From the NCBI GenBank assembly GCA_023334545.1, contig JAADVB010000030.1, forward strand, positions 46,714 to 110,713: a stretch of 64,000 nt of DNA. The letters run 5' to 3'. Origin of the DNA: Salisapilia sapeloensis CBS 127946 (Eukaryota > Protista > Oomycota). Shown here piece by piece: positions 1 to 11,467 of this stretch. The notes below the pieces were generated by a model. That model was not told the DNA's origin, ran no database searches, and saw only the letters and a list, made by a program, of their open reading frames with translations. The position numbers were made by a program, and so were the translations under genes. Numbering within the stretch: the stretch's first letter is position 1; every line of letters begins with the position of its first letter.

Positions 1-2751
1 TTACTGTGGCTCATCAATTGCTGAAGCTCTATCCGGTGCTTTTCACTCTGCGCAGTTAGAGCTCTTTTGTGCTCTCGATCGCGCTGGTACAGCGTATCCT
101 CTAGCGCTACCAATCGCTTTCGCTGCTCTGCAATCGTCTTCCTCGCTTCCTCTTTATCCTTTCTCGCGTCCGTCTTCCCATCAACATAAGCGATTTATGC
201 AGTGTCCATGAAGGAGCTAGGTGGAAACGTACCGAGAGCATGGCGAGGTTCGTCTTCGCGTTGGCGTACTTGAGTCGTAGTTGTTCACGGTCTCGTTGGG
301 AAAAGTCTATAAACGCTCAGCACTGGTCACTAGCTCAAGGTCGAGGCAATGGAAAGTAGTACCGATCTTGTGGATGACATTCTGCCCCATCATCAGCTCC
401 CGGCGACTTCGAACGCCAACGGGACTCGGTCGTCCTTGGTTATCACTACTCCCATCGACGTCTTCAAATACCGATTGGAGAACCATACCATCCTACCGTC
501 GCGTCATGGTCTTAATGTCGACCGATGTACATTACCCAACTTCATAGGACTTACTGCGAATTTGATCTCTCCATTTTCCGTTACTTCCTCTGCTTCGAAC
601 CCAAGCTCATTCAGTGCCGAGATAAAGCGCTGGTTGTAATCCTTCCGAAGACTCTCCATCTGCCGCTTCAGATTATTTACTTCCTCTTGAAGCCGCCGGA
701 TACGACGGTCCTTGTCCGTTCCAGACCCACTGATGTAGTTCACGCGAGGCTATCGAATGACCATACATGAGCTATGCGTCTTACTATAGGACATAAGGAA
801 GAAGTGCCTGGTTTTGAACCGATCGACAACGGTTGGCGAACTGGAGTGTGCTTAAACACTCCTCATAGTGTTCCTTCATGGGGTGGATGGTGGCAATCAG
901 AGTTGTCAAAGAGTTTCCACCTAACGTCCATGTCCATGACTATCCAGTAGCTTTATATCACCCTAGCGAGACGTACCGATGCTGTTCTGGAGTATTCGTG
1001 TAAGCTTTGAGTCTCGATAAGGAATATAGTTGTAGCCACTGCCAGGATCAAGGGACATGATGACTTTGCCCACGGCACTCAGACTGGAGTTGATGTGCAG
1101 CGCTTCCTTCAGTCTCTGACCATCCGACTCGCTCTTCTTTAATCTCTCAGAGCTATACAAAGGTATATCTTCATTCGTTTGTAGTATGAGTAGGCAGGTC
1201 AAATGACGTACCCTGCTAAGTCCACAAGGTGAAGACTTCCGTAGATGACTTCCTCCGTCTTTCGATCTGCGTCAAGACACTAATCAGTGCTTTCTCGACT
1301 GATTTATACACATACATATTACTTTGCTGGAAGATGTGGACGGTGAAGACAGTGTGGGATCTCGAAGACACGGCATTCATCTTGGTCTCGTGCGTCGCCC
1401 GGAGCTTCAGTCCGGACTGGACGATTGCATCGACATCTTCCCGACAAGTCACGGTAACGAGTGCGAGGTCTTTAACAAAGACACTGCCTTGAGCATCCTC
1501 GTGTATTTCAAAGTTGGCTTTTGAAGTAAAGGTAGACGACATGAGAAGTGTATAACGATATTTCTACAAGACATGGATGGTACAAACCTTTTTCATAGTC
1601 GTAATCCTCTTCCGATCGTGCTGGGTTCGATCCGAAACTAATCAAGTAGAGATGAAGGAGAACCGGTATCTAGTAGATGTTCTTCAATATACCTCGACGT
1701 GCTTTCTGTTCGTCGTAATTGCTGCCAATGTAACAAGTTACCATAAATCTTCGATGAGCTAAATGTAAGGAATGTGTTTACCTGTCTGAGAAACCACTCG
1801 GCAGTGCTAGATGTCTGGTGGGAAAACGGTCTTCCAGTCTTCTTCAAATAGCTATTTTATGCTGGTCAATCCTTGTAGCCGCAAAGGTATGAATAGACGA
1901 CTACATACGCTCTAGAGAGATCTCGCACGCGATCGCAGTAGATCTCGAGAAAACTGACGACGAATGTCACTTCCTATAAAGTTTGTGAGAACATTTCTTC
2001 TTAACTACTACTGTGTACGTACGGTCGATCGACTGTCGCCTCGCTTTACCATGTCGAACATGTAGGATATGGAGCGAGGAAGGAGTCCAGCCTTCTCCCC
2101 TGCTTCGCCAAATATACTTTAAGAGCATAGCAAGTGGGTTGTCGATTCGTATTTGTGCAAAGCATTTAGCAAAGGCATACCTGAAAGTTTTCCCGGATCC
2201 CGTTTGTCCATAGGCAAAGCAGCAACTATTGATTCCTTTGAGAGCGTGGTCGACGAGACTCTTACTCGTCTATAGATATGTAATCGCCTTGTCAGAAGAC
2301 ATCAGTTGGACTTAACGGGAACGCTGTACCAAGTCAAAGAGAGTTGCTTGGCTCGTGTCTGTCCAGCATATCTATAGCATGACTGGTAAGCTAGCAAGTA
2401 CGCAGTCGAATCAATGAGGCCGTACGTTGTCGAAGCTAAAGGCATGGTTTCCATACTGCATTCTTTCCGTGTCCTACGCCATCAACAATGTTAGATTTCC
2501 AGTGCAAACGCCCAATGTATAAGAAGGATACTTTAATGACGATGTTCGTCGGGGACTCCTTGCGACGCTCAAACATATCCTCTGGCGCTTGCTCACCATT
2601 AGCACAGGGTCGGGCTCGGACGTACACCTAGTTAGCGCATTCAAAATGACTATGACCAAATGTCCATTTTATTCTTGCACAAATCAAACGATACTTTGAC
2701 GTTGGCATTGTCTAGCAGACGCGTGTAGTCTGTGGTCACCTTGTGGTCCAT
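1..2751 (-). CDS. Kinesin motor protein, N-terminal motor plus coiled-coil tail; multi-exon, runs off the left edge
   Basis: Spliced by hand from ATG 2751: [19 protein letters not shown]|VYVRARP, P-loop [25 protein letters not shown], switch [10 protein letters not shown], switch II VDLAG|[28 protein letters not shown]. Many short GT-AG introns. Confidence 0.93.
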
Positions 2752-3103
2752 CTTGGTGACGCGAGATGATCGAGGCTAAAGTTGGCTTTTCAACATATGA
2801 AACGTCTATACAAACTCTGAATATCAAGCTATCTGTCCTTTAGACCTAGCAGTATGAAAATAGTAACGCAAGGACCAAAGTAGAGGGGGGATGACATCGA
2901 CTGCTAGCCTCCGAGCAGCTCACCAACTTCAAAAATAAATTTGTAGATACACCCCTCTCTAACGTTACACTCACATTTGATATTAAAAAATATGTACAGC
3001 ATTTGTACAGAATACAGTTCGAGATGTATGTATATCCGACAACAAATAACGAAACAGCATCAGAGACCGAGTCCCCCCTCTTTTGCTACCCTCTCATCTA
3101 CCT

Positions 3104-3524
3104 ATGGCTCCTGCAACGCTCTCCGGTGATCCGCGAAAGCCGGATGCGATCAAGACATTCGTGCGGAAGGAAGTTGACCCGGAGTCAGAACCGATGGACT
3201 ATTACTCCTTTGCATCGCTCATACTTGGTCTCGGCAGTTTCATTTTGAAGGTAGGAATCCGTCTCATCTGAAACACAATCTTGCCTTGGCTGTTCATTAG
3301 AAGAAACTAACATGCAGGCGATATCATAGTTGAAAGAATTCGCTTGGTTGTCTCTATTCATGGCCGCAGCCTCGTACGTGAACCTACCGGCATCCGAAAA
3401 GGAGATGCGATCGATCATCATGTCCGTGACACTCGCGACGATGGCACTCGTGTCGAGCTATACGTACCGGCCTCCCCTTATTCCAGGCAGCAAAGCAGCA
3501 GTAGACGCTACTCCAGATCTCTAG
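3104..3524 (+). CDS. WDR83OS: PAT complex subunit Asterix (UPF0139), 2 exons (3104-3250, 3330-3524)
   Basis: N-terminal DPRKP motif followed by hydrophobic helices (DYYSFASLILGLGSFILK|LKEFAWLSLFMAAASYVN...SIIMSVTLATMALVSSY); phase-0 GT-AG intron. Confidence 0.85.
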
Positions 3525-3712
3525 ATCTGTCAGCAGGCTTACCATAGGCTCGACCTATGCTTTTAAACATGGCTTCTCTGTCGTCTTCTCAAATCATCAC
3601 GTTGAAATCGTTCTGTTGCTTAGTCTGTAGCTAATTATAGCACAAGTTCTAGGAACAATAACCTCTCTAGGGCTGAGAGAATGCTTCGCTGCAGATGAAA
3701 GCTTGAGACCGG

Positions 3713-6700
3713 ATGAATTTTAACTTGTCTTCGCATGAACGCAGGTCGCCGCCCAGTCCAATGCCACAGCACAATGAAGTCGATACCAATGACCTGATAC
3801 AGCACCCAGGACTATCTTCTGGTTCCTATCCATCTCATGATCGTGAGAATACATCAAACCTCAAACGTTTCTCCAAGTCACACAGCAAACATCCTTCCCC
3901 CGTAGTCCCTGTCACACTACCTCCACTAGCAGCACTAGACCAGTATCAACAGCGACAGCTTCGCTCCTTCCTTCGCAATTTTTTATCAGATGAAAGTGGG
4001 ACCCTCTGTTCCTCCTTGGATTTGGGCCAGCACGCCATCGACTCTGGCATCGCCGTATCCGACGCTACGGTCCATGAAGTCGTCCACATGCTACCGAAAC
4101 TACAAAGCCTGTCGCTAGCAACGTGTCTGCAGATCACCGACGCCAGTCTTTGGGCGATCGCGAACAAGTGCCTATGCCTCGAGACGCTCTCTCTTTCCAA
4201 GTGCACTCGATTCTCGGAGCTGGGACTTCGTCTCGTCAGTCATGAGTGCCCTCTCCTGCATCTTGACCTCTCAGACTGTCCTCAGGTCAATGATAAGATG
4301 CTTCAGGCCATTGCTGCTGGCTGCTGGTCCTTGGAAGTGTGTCGTCTCCGGCGTTGCGTCTTGGTTTCCGACGCTGGCCTTGTCCATCTCGCCCAATGCT
4401 GTCGCCAACTGCTTGAACTAGACGTCGCTGAGTGCTGTCGAATAGGAGAATTCGGTGATAAGGCACTTGGGGAAATCGGACGGAACTGCTTTCGATTGGA
4501 AACGCTTGATCTCTTTGGCTGTCGGCATGTGCGAGACGGAGGTCTTAGATCGGTTGCTCGAGGGTGTACCAAGCTGAAAACACTACGGCTATCTGGATGC
4601 CGTGAAGTCACAGGTAGGGCGATCCGGGAGGTTGCTCGATGCTGCCAGGCCCTGCATGACCTGTCCCTCGCAGGCTGTGCCAAGACCAGCAATCAAGATT
4701 TACGTGTCCTCGCATCAAATTGCAGAGGGCTCACTGTACTGGACATCAGTGGTAGTGATTTCATCAGCTCTCAAGGTGTTAGATGTCTAGCAGAGGGTTG
4801 TTCAGAACTGACTAAGCTGACACTGGATTACTGTACTCGTATCGATGACACTGCTCTTGAACAGTTTCTCGTCGTAAATGAAAACTTGAAGAGTCAAACG
4901 ACTAATAAACTGGACGTGGCGACTCGAAAGCTTGAGTATCTTTCGGTGGTGTCGTGTCGACGCATTCGGGAACCAGGAGTCGATGTTTTGCTACAAGGCT
5001 GTCCAAACCTGACTACACTGAACGTTTCGGGATGTGATCGAGTGAGTCGAAGATTCATGCAATTTGTCATATCTCGGCTAGAGGTTGTCGAATGGGCCTC
5101 TACTTTCTTTGGTTTCCAGCCCTTACCTCATGCTGACGAAATAGTACGCCAGAGACGCCGAAAAGAAGTTGAACATCGTGCTGCAGTCCTGATCCAAGCA
5201 GCGATGAGAGGTTGCCTGGCGAGAGGAGGTCTTTGGGAGGCCAAAATGAAGTATGTCCAGACAAAGGTGCTGCCACGAATTCAAGGCATGGCGAGAGGAT
5301 TTCTCGTCCGAAGACGTATTTTTCTTGAGCAGGAAGAGAAGAAGGAGAGAGCTGCTGCACGGCAAATAAGCCAGGCGTATCAAGACTATAGACTCCGTGG
5401 GATGCTAGCACGGGCGAAACTTCGACGAAGACTTCAAATGCACTTAGACTTGACTGCGACCGAGATTCAGCGAGTATATCGAGGCCATCGAGCTCGATGC
5501 TTCTATCGTAAGATGCTAGAGGCAAAATTGATTGAGAAGCAAATGGCAGATCGACTTGGTATTCTCGAAGAGCTATGCGCTATCAAACTGCAACGAGCCT
5601 ATCGTGGTCATTGTGGTCGACATCAAGCAGCGCTGGCGAGAACTGCAAAAGAAATGGCAATTCTTCAAGCTCAACGTGAATCTGATGCTATTGCCTTTGT
5701 TCAGCGTGTGTTTCGAGGGCATCGAGGTCGAAAAGAGAAGAGAAGTCGTCTCATGCAGAAATTGTTCGAAGAACGAAAGCAAGCTGGAGCGTGTGCTCTA
5801 CAGAGAGTCGTGCGAGGCCACTGGGCTCGACAAAGAGTCCGCTTTCTTCGTCAGCAGGCATTTGAAAGGCGACGCATGGAAGCAGCGAGTACCATTCAGC
5901 GGTATTGGCGAGGATTATGCGAAAAGCACCTGGCATCCTTGCTACGTGGGCTGCTTAAACTGCATGCTCGTGAAGTTGCAGCTGCTTGTACGATTCAAAC
6001 AGCATACCGAATGCAGCGGTCAAAGGCACTTGCTGATGCAATTCGTCTTGCCCGGGAAGCGGAGCGTCGACGAAAGCACGGTGCCATTCAAATCCAGAGG
6101 TTTGTACGAGGGCATATCGCCCGATCAGAAGTGGAAGCTAGACGAGAGTTACAGCGGCTGCACGTTCAAGCGGCACCTTTGTTTGAGAAAGAAACGAGAA
6201 TCACAGAGCTGGTCCAGCAACGTAGGAAGCAAGTAGAAGACCTCACAAAGAAATGTGCTGCGAACGAACGTGATGAGCATGATTTAACGGACGAGCTTGA
6301 GAAGACGATGCAGATCAAGACCAAATATCACGACTCTAGTCGTATATCGGGTACACCACAACGGTACCTCACGCAATATCTCCAGGTCCAACTCGCCGAT
6401 CAGCTTCGTGCCAAACGAATGGAGATGGCAATGGACAACAGGTCACTAGAAACTGCTGTTGATGCATTCAACGAGGCAAATAAAAAGCTGCGTGTGGTAC
6501 GAAGGCAACTAGAGCCACTAACAGCTGGTGCATTTGAGCATGCCAAGCTAGCCCGTACTCGGCGCTTGCACAATGATATACGATGGCAGCGATACGGAGC
6601 GCTGACTATACAACGTGTCTATCGTGGATATAGACTTCGCGTAGCGCTAGCAGAGAAAGCTGAATACTGGACTGAATCATGGAATGCAAGCACACAAAGT

Positions 6701-6778
6701 ATGGAATACCTCAACACATATACCGGAGACTGTAGACACCGCACACCAATTGGATTAAATCTATTTAAGATGAAATGA
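3713..6778 (+). CDS. Cys-containing (FBXL/AMN1-type) LRR protein with multiple IQ motifs, coiled coil and a WW-like C-terminus
   Basis: 1021-aa ORF; repeats of LxxLxLxxCxxIxD; IQ motifs such as IQAAMRG, IQRVYRG, LQRAYRG, IQRYWRG, IQRFVRG; ends YWTESWNASTQSMEYLNTYTG. Confidence 0.9.
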   Translation: MNFNLSSHERRSPPSPMPQHNEVDTNDLIQHPGLSSGSYPSHDRENTSNLKRFSKSHSKHPSPVVPVTLPPLAALDQYQQRQLRSFLRNFLSDESGTLCSSLDLGQHAIDSGIAVSDATVHEVVHMLPKLQSLSLATCLQITDASLWAIANKCLCLETLSLSKCTRFSELGLRLVSHECPLLHLDLSDCPQVNDKMLQAIAAGCWSLEVCRLRRCVLVSDAGLVHLAQCCRQLLELDVAECCRIGEFGDKALGEIGRNCFRLETLDLFGCRHVRDGGLRSVARGCTKLKTLRLSGCREVTGRAIREVARCCQALHDLSLAGCAKTSNQDLRVLASNCRGLTVLDISGSDFISSQGVRCLAEGCSELTKLTLDYCTRIDDTALEQFLVVNENLKSQTTNKLDVATRKLEYLSVVSCRRIREPGVDVLLQGCPNLTTLNVSGCDRVSRRFMQFVISRLEVVEWASTFFGFQPLPHADEIVRQRRRKEVEHRAAVLIQAAMRGCLARGGLWEAKMKYVQTKVLPRIQGMARGFLVRRRIFLEQEEKKERAAARQISQAYQDYRLRGMLARAKLRRRLQMHLDLTATEIQRVYRGHRARCFYRKMLEAKLIEKQMADRLGILEELCAIKLQRAYRGHCGRHQAALARTAKEMAILQAQRESDAIAFVQRVFRGHRGRKEKRSRLMQKLFEERKQAGACALQRVVRGHWARQRVRFLRQQAFERRRMEAASTIQRYWRGLCEKHLASLLRGLLKLHAREVAAACTIQTAYRMQRSKALADAIRLAREAERRRKHGAIQIQRFVRGHIARSEVEARRELQRLHVQAAPLFEKETRITELVQQRRKQVEDLTKKCAANERDEHDLTDELEKTMQIKTKYHDSSRISGTPQRYLTQYLQVQLADQLRAKRMEMAMDNRSLETAVDAFNEANKKLRVVRRQLEPLTAGAFEHAKLARTRRLHNDIRWQRYGALTIQRVYRGYRLRVALAEKAEYWTESWNASTQSMEYLNTYTGDCRHRTPIGLNLFKMK

Positions 6779-6889
6779 ATATACCTCTCTACTAATCCGT
6801 TTTGCATTACGCTGGCGTGTACTACGACAACAACAAGTAACACTTAAGATGATTCTAATTCGTCGACCAACTTGACGATGTGCGTCCTA

Positions 6890-9800
6890 GTAATACAAAA
6901 CCACAAACAAAGATAACCTGACACTTGACACTAATACAATATCTAGAGAAAATATCACTGACTAAATTAAAAACCAACAAAAATATGACAAAGGCTCTAA
7001 TATGGCCTGTATATTAAAATAATGGAATTATACATTTGAACAAATTAAGCGATTCACATGTAAATACTTTATTTTCAAGTACGAATAAAGATTTAAAATA
7101 AGATAGTTAAACATAAAAACAGAGTGTAAAATGTACTCTATGTAATTAAACCAACAATAACAAGTACATACGAGTATCAAAACGCACAAATGCAACTTTA
7201 AAACAATAAAATACTCTAAATTTAAAACAAACGATTTAGACGTTTCAATCGTACAAGTGATATAAATTACATGCAAATCTTTTATATTAATCTCAATTTT
7301 AAATTTCATCAAACCATACAGTAAAGACAACAGAAAAAACCTTTTTGCAGGTATAAACATACAACCAAAAATATAAAAAAATAAGTTTGTGTTTTTAAAA
7401 CTTAATAAATGCTAGACCTTATTTCGGAAGAAAAGTTGTATAAGATTAAATATTTATCTATATGAAAAACACAATCATTATGAACACATACATAACTTTA
7501 ACAAACAGATAAAAAGTCGCTTTCTGACAATCAAATATGATTTAAACCAAATTTATACCGCGCTTAAAATTGCAAATGTATAGTAAAAAATGTATGTACA
7601 GTGTTAAATATAAATATATTAATATTTTGATCGAAAAGTTAGAAAACGTTTTTGGCAGTTGTTGCTGTTAAATTGTAGCACCTAATTTTTTTTGTAAAAT
7701 AATAAAATTTGTATAAAACGTATAAAAAGCTTATTCATATAGCTATTAATAATAGAGCTTTTTGTACGAAACTGTGTAAAATACTTTGTAAGTATACGTC
7801 ATGTTGACCAAATCAATACAATATTCTGTAGCCTAAGACATGTACCCTCTAAAATTTATGTAAATATACCTGTATAACAAAATTTCTTTCTAATTTATAC
7901 AACATCATTTTACTACTACACATACCAATCATTAAACAAACCATATGTATAAAAATAAAAACATCTGAACAGGGTAATGATATAAATGTTTTGTAATTAT
8001 GCTTGAGAGTAATTGGTTTGTGATATTTCATTTTAAACATATTAAAAAAATGTTAAACATGGCAAAAAGCGCTACTTCATCTACTACGATCCTTATCTTT
8101 TAGCTTTATTTATCTTATTTTTAAACCATAACAAATCATCTCTAAAATAGTTTATTTGGTGCCTTGCAAATTCATAAGCGCTAAAAAGAAATTAAGATCA
8201 ATTATAAGAATATACACAATAAGTTGGCATTAAGACACCTCAAAATATTTTGTAATTAAAACAATTTTAACACGCTTTGTTTATAACAAAATATATGTAT
8301 ACGTTTATTGTTCCATAACAGTTAAATGGTAGGGTTATAAAGAATTTTTAAAATACTTTGTACATTTTAATTAATCGTTTATTATACTCGAGTAGACCCT
8401 TAGATAATTGCTGAAATAATCAACCTTATAATACAATATTATAATGGGGTTTTAACTATAATCATAAAATTTTTTTTGTTAAAATAAAAAACAAATCACT
8501 AATAAGCTAAATAAATTTAATACGAAGCGTTCATATATATTTGACTTATTACAAGATTTTTACATTAATATTAATACAAAACAACTAATAAACGAGTTTT
8601 GTTTGCATTTAGTTCTATACGATTTGAAAGCTTTGAAAAAACGACTTATTAATTTAAATAAAACCAATTTACAAACGACACATTTAATTAAACATACATG
8701 GTCATTGTGAAAATATAAAAATGAAATTACAGAAAGTCTTTCAATGTAGAATGGTTTTTGTTTTATTTACCGTATACTTTTTTTGATATGTTGGCTTATT
8801 TATACTAAACTTATCTTTGTTTAGATATTAAATTAAACTTAAACATGATATAATATAAAGTGCAACGTCTTTTTTGGTGTACTAATGCTTTTACTTTTTC
8901 ATTTTGGTTAGCTAAAAACTACAGGCACACATTGTATTTATACAATTTTCTTGCATTTAAAATGAAACACTTTGTAACATTTTTTTTATGTTCTTTAAAT
9001 ACAGTAAATTTCGTATATACTTGTTTCTAAATATTTATGATTTTTAATAAAGTCCTTTAAATTAATGCAATTGATTTTATATAATAATACTTCTAGAGCT
9101 TTGCTTGTATGTAATACATCATGTTATGTACATGTCACATTTTATGTTGTCATAAATATTCCACATTTTAATTTATTTCTTATTTAGCAAAATTTGAATT
9201 GTTTATCTTCTATGTCTCTTACTGTTTAACCTATTAATTCCTTTTATAAGTTTTATATGTTTTATTATTATGTTTGTTTATGTAATGTTAAAAGATTGGC
9301 AATATCATACGAAATATATATGGTGTATTATTTTAGCAAAGTTGCCTCTTTAAACACAAAATTTTTACTTTTTAAATAAAGTTTAAGATCTATTATGTGA
9401 AATCTAACATTAGTTTACGACACTTAATTTTTACTTTACGAACTTTTATTTTAGTAACATAAACACTATATGTCCGTTGTACAGACTGAAACCATTTATA
9501 ATATGCGATACCTGAAAGTATCGGCAATATTAACTAGCGCTTGCATTTTAAAATATTTATAGATTCTTTTACTTATGTTTGTTCGCATATTTTTATTTGT
9601 ATATTTCATATTTTATTTGACTCTTACTTCAATGTTTATTTGAGTATCATAGCGTTTGTTAATACAACATTGTGAACTTGGTTTTATGAATTTGAAGACT
9701 TTGTATGCAAATAATGACAATTGGAGAAAAAAGTTTGTATTTGATTCATCATAATTAGTAGAGATTTGGTGTTATTATGTGTGTTTGAATCTCTGTTATA
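6890..9800. other. AT-rich (~20-25% GC) non-coding island with gradual boundaries
   Basis: Hand-counted 60-nt lines give 12-25% GC versus 50-65% in flanking genes; no credible intact ORF and no tandem repeat unit visible. Confidence 0.9.
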
Positions 9801-10141
9801 GATGCATTTCATAGAGCAAGTTATGCAAAAAGAGATTTTAAGTGTCTATATTGACGCTAGAAATCGTCTTGTGCTCGTCTTCATCAAGTCTTTAAACAAC
9901 GTCTACGATGTTGAGTTAAAACGATTGAAATGCATTTTATTTATGGTAGAACGACAAATAGAAGCGCCTATACAACATATTTAATCAGGTCTAAAAGCAT
10001 TCACGTCTTAAGTGTAAAGCATTTTGGATGCTCTAGCTGTCGTAGAAGATTAAAAGGCAAACAAATAAAGGTGGTTGTTGATTGAGGAACTATCTGTTGC
10101 TAAAATGATAAGGACGGCTCAGTGCATTGATGAAGCTAAAT

Positions 10142-10218
10142 GCCGGTATGAGCTGATTAGGTAGTGAAAGCAGTAGACTCAATTTGCTTTGCGTGCGGAT
10201 CGCATCCGGTTTTCCGGC
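10142..10218 (+). pseudogene. Degenerate tRNA-like sequence (tRNA pseudogene or SINE head)
   Basis: 77 nt; ends GCCGGTA...TTCCGGC pair in 6 of 7 positions; A-box-like AGCTGATTAGGTAG..AGC; T-arm-like GCGG-ATCGCAT-CCG; the anticodon stem does not pair well. Confidence 0.3.
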
Positions 10219-11467
10219 TTTGCATACTTTTGCGCACAGGTTTTGCTTCTGTTTGACACTAATTTTAGCAAAGAATATGGTCTATAATAGACAAGTACGT
10301 CACTATTATCACTTTAAATGAGCAGACGCATTTGAGTAGTTTGGTACTTTAGCTTTGAATGCACTCATACGTGGCGTCGAATCTTGCTTTGAGCTGGAGC
10401 GTTACGTTGTCGAATTTGAATCGTGCAATTTGTATTTATCGCTCCCGAAGAAAATATTTTCGGGCTTGAAGAGCCTAACTAATGCCGCTTGCTTTCGTAT
10501 ATTCTTCGTGGAAACTGCTCTTGCTTAACATAATGCAGTCAAACCTGTGAAATGCCTAGGCGTGTGCTGATGCAGCATATAAATAAGGTATTTAGTTTTG
10601 TAAGAAAATGTTTATGCTGGATTATTTATCTACTTAAAAGCGTAGCTATCGAGCATCCAACGCGCGCCATTCTCTATCATAGGCCATAGTAGAAGTTAGC
10701 AGCATTGACGATATTATAACTATATCTTTTTCTACATTTACTGCTGCTATGCATAAAAGTATAGTTATACACACAGTATTCGCACCACGAAGTCAGTATG
10801 CTTCATCTCTAGTAAAAATCTACATTGAACCACTAAGCACGTTACCTGTAATAGCAACCCTCCAAATTTGGATAAGGTGTCGCGCAAAGCTTTTGAGTTT
10901 GCTCATCCGCTATTTGGGCAGAAATGATGCTTGAAGACGCGTTCGATGATTACGGAGATAGACATTTCGTTTTGAACCTGATGCTAAATGATCCGTTATG
11001 TGCACTCTCGTATAAAAGTCATGATCTAAACCAATACTGCTCTCGACCAGTATCGTCGAGTAGGTATGCGCCAGTATTAACTATCAGTGTAAAGATGTTA
11101 AAACGAGTTTAATGGTACTACACTTGTTAGAATGTTGGTACTTATACGGAGATAATTGCAGAGTCACCTTTGCCAACACTTACTTCAACAAAATTTACCA
11201 CGAAACTATTTATCCTATATGTGACGGTGCCATATGCGTACTATTATAGCGAAAAGAACCCAAATCAGGACCCAAATCTTGTATACTATCCCATTTGCGA
11301 ATAACACACTAACATCGAAAAGATCAAACGTGTACCCCACTACAAAATATTTGCAAAACGACTCTGGGCAAAAGAGTATACCGTGTATGCTGTCTCGAGC
11401 CTCGAAATTGAACGTTGTACTCGTTATCTGTGCTGTTATCATCCAAGCAGAAGGAAATTAAAGAGCT

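Noticed and set aside
1911-1960. Palindrome-rich stretch GAGATCTCGCACGCGATCGCAGTAGATCTC
   Set aside because: It is coding sequence of the kinesin motor ([12 protein letters not shown] on the - strand).
7028-8040. ORFs 7028-7360 and 7849-8040, and an IVVDE Walker-B-like word near 8080
   Set aside because: F/I/L/K/N/Y-rich translations expected from AT-rich DNA; no supporting Walker A or other motifs.
6890-9800. Classical RIP (CpA) or CpG-methylation decay as the cause of the AT island
   Set aside because: CpA/TpG and CpG remain common in the hand-counted sample.
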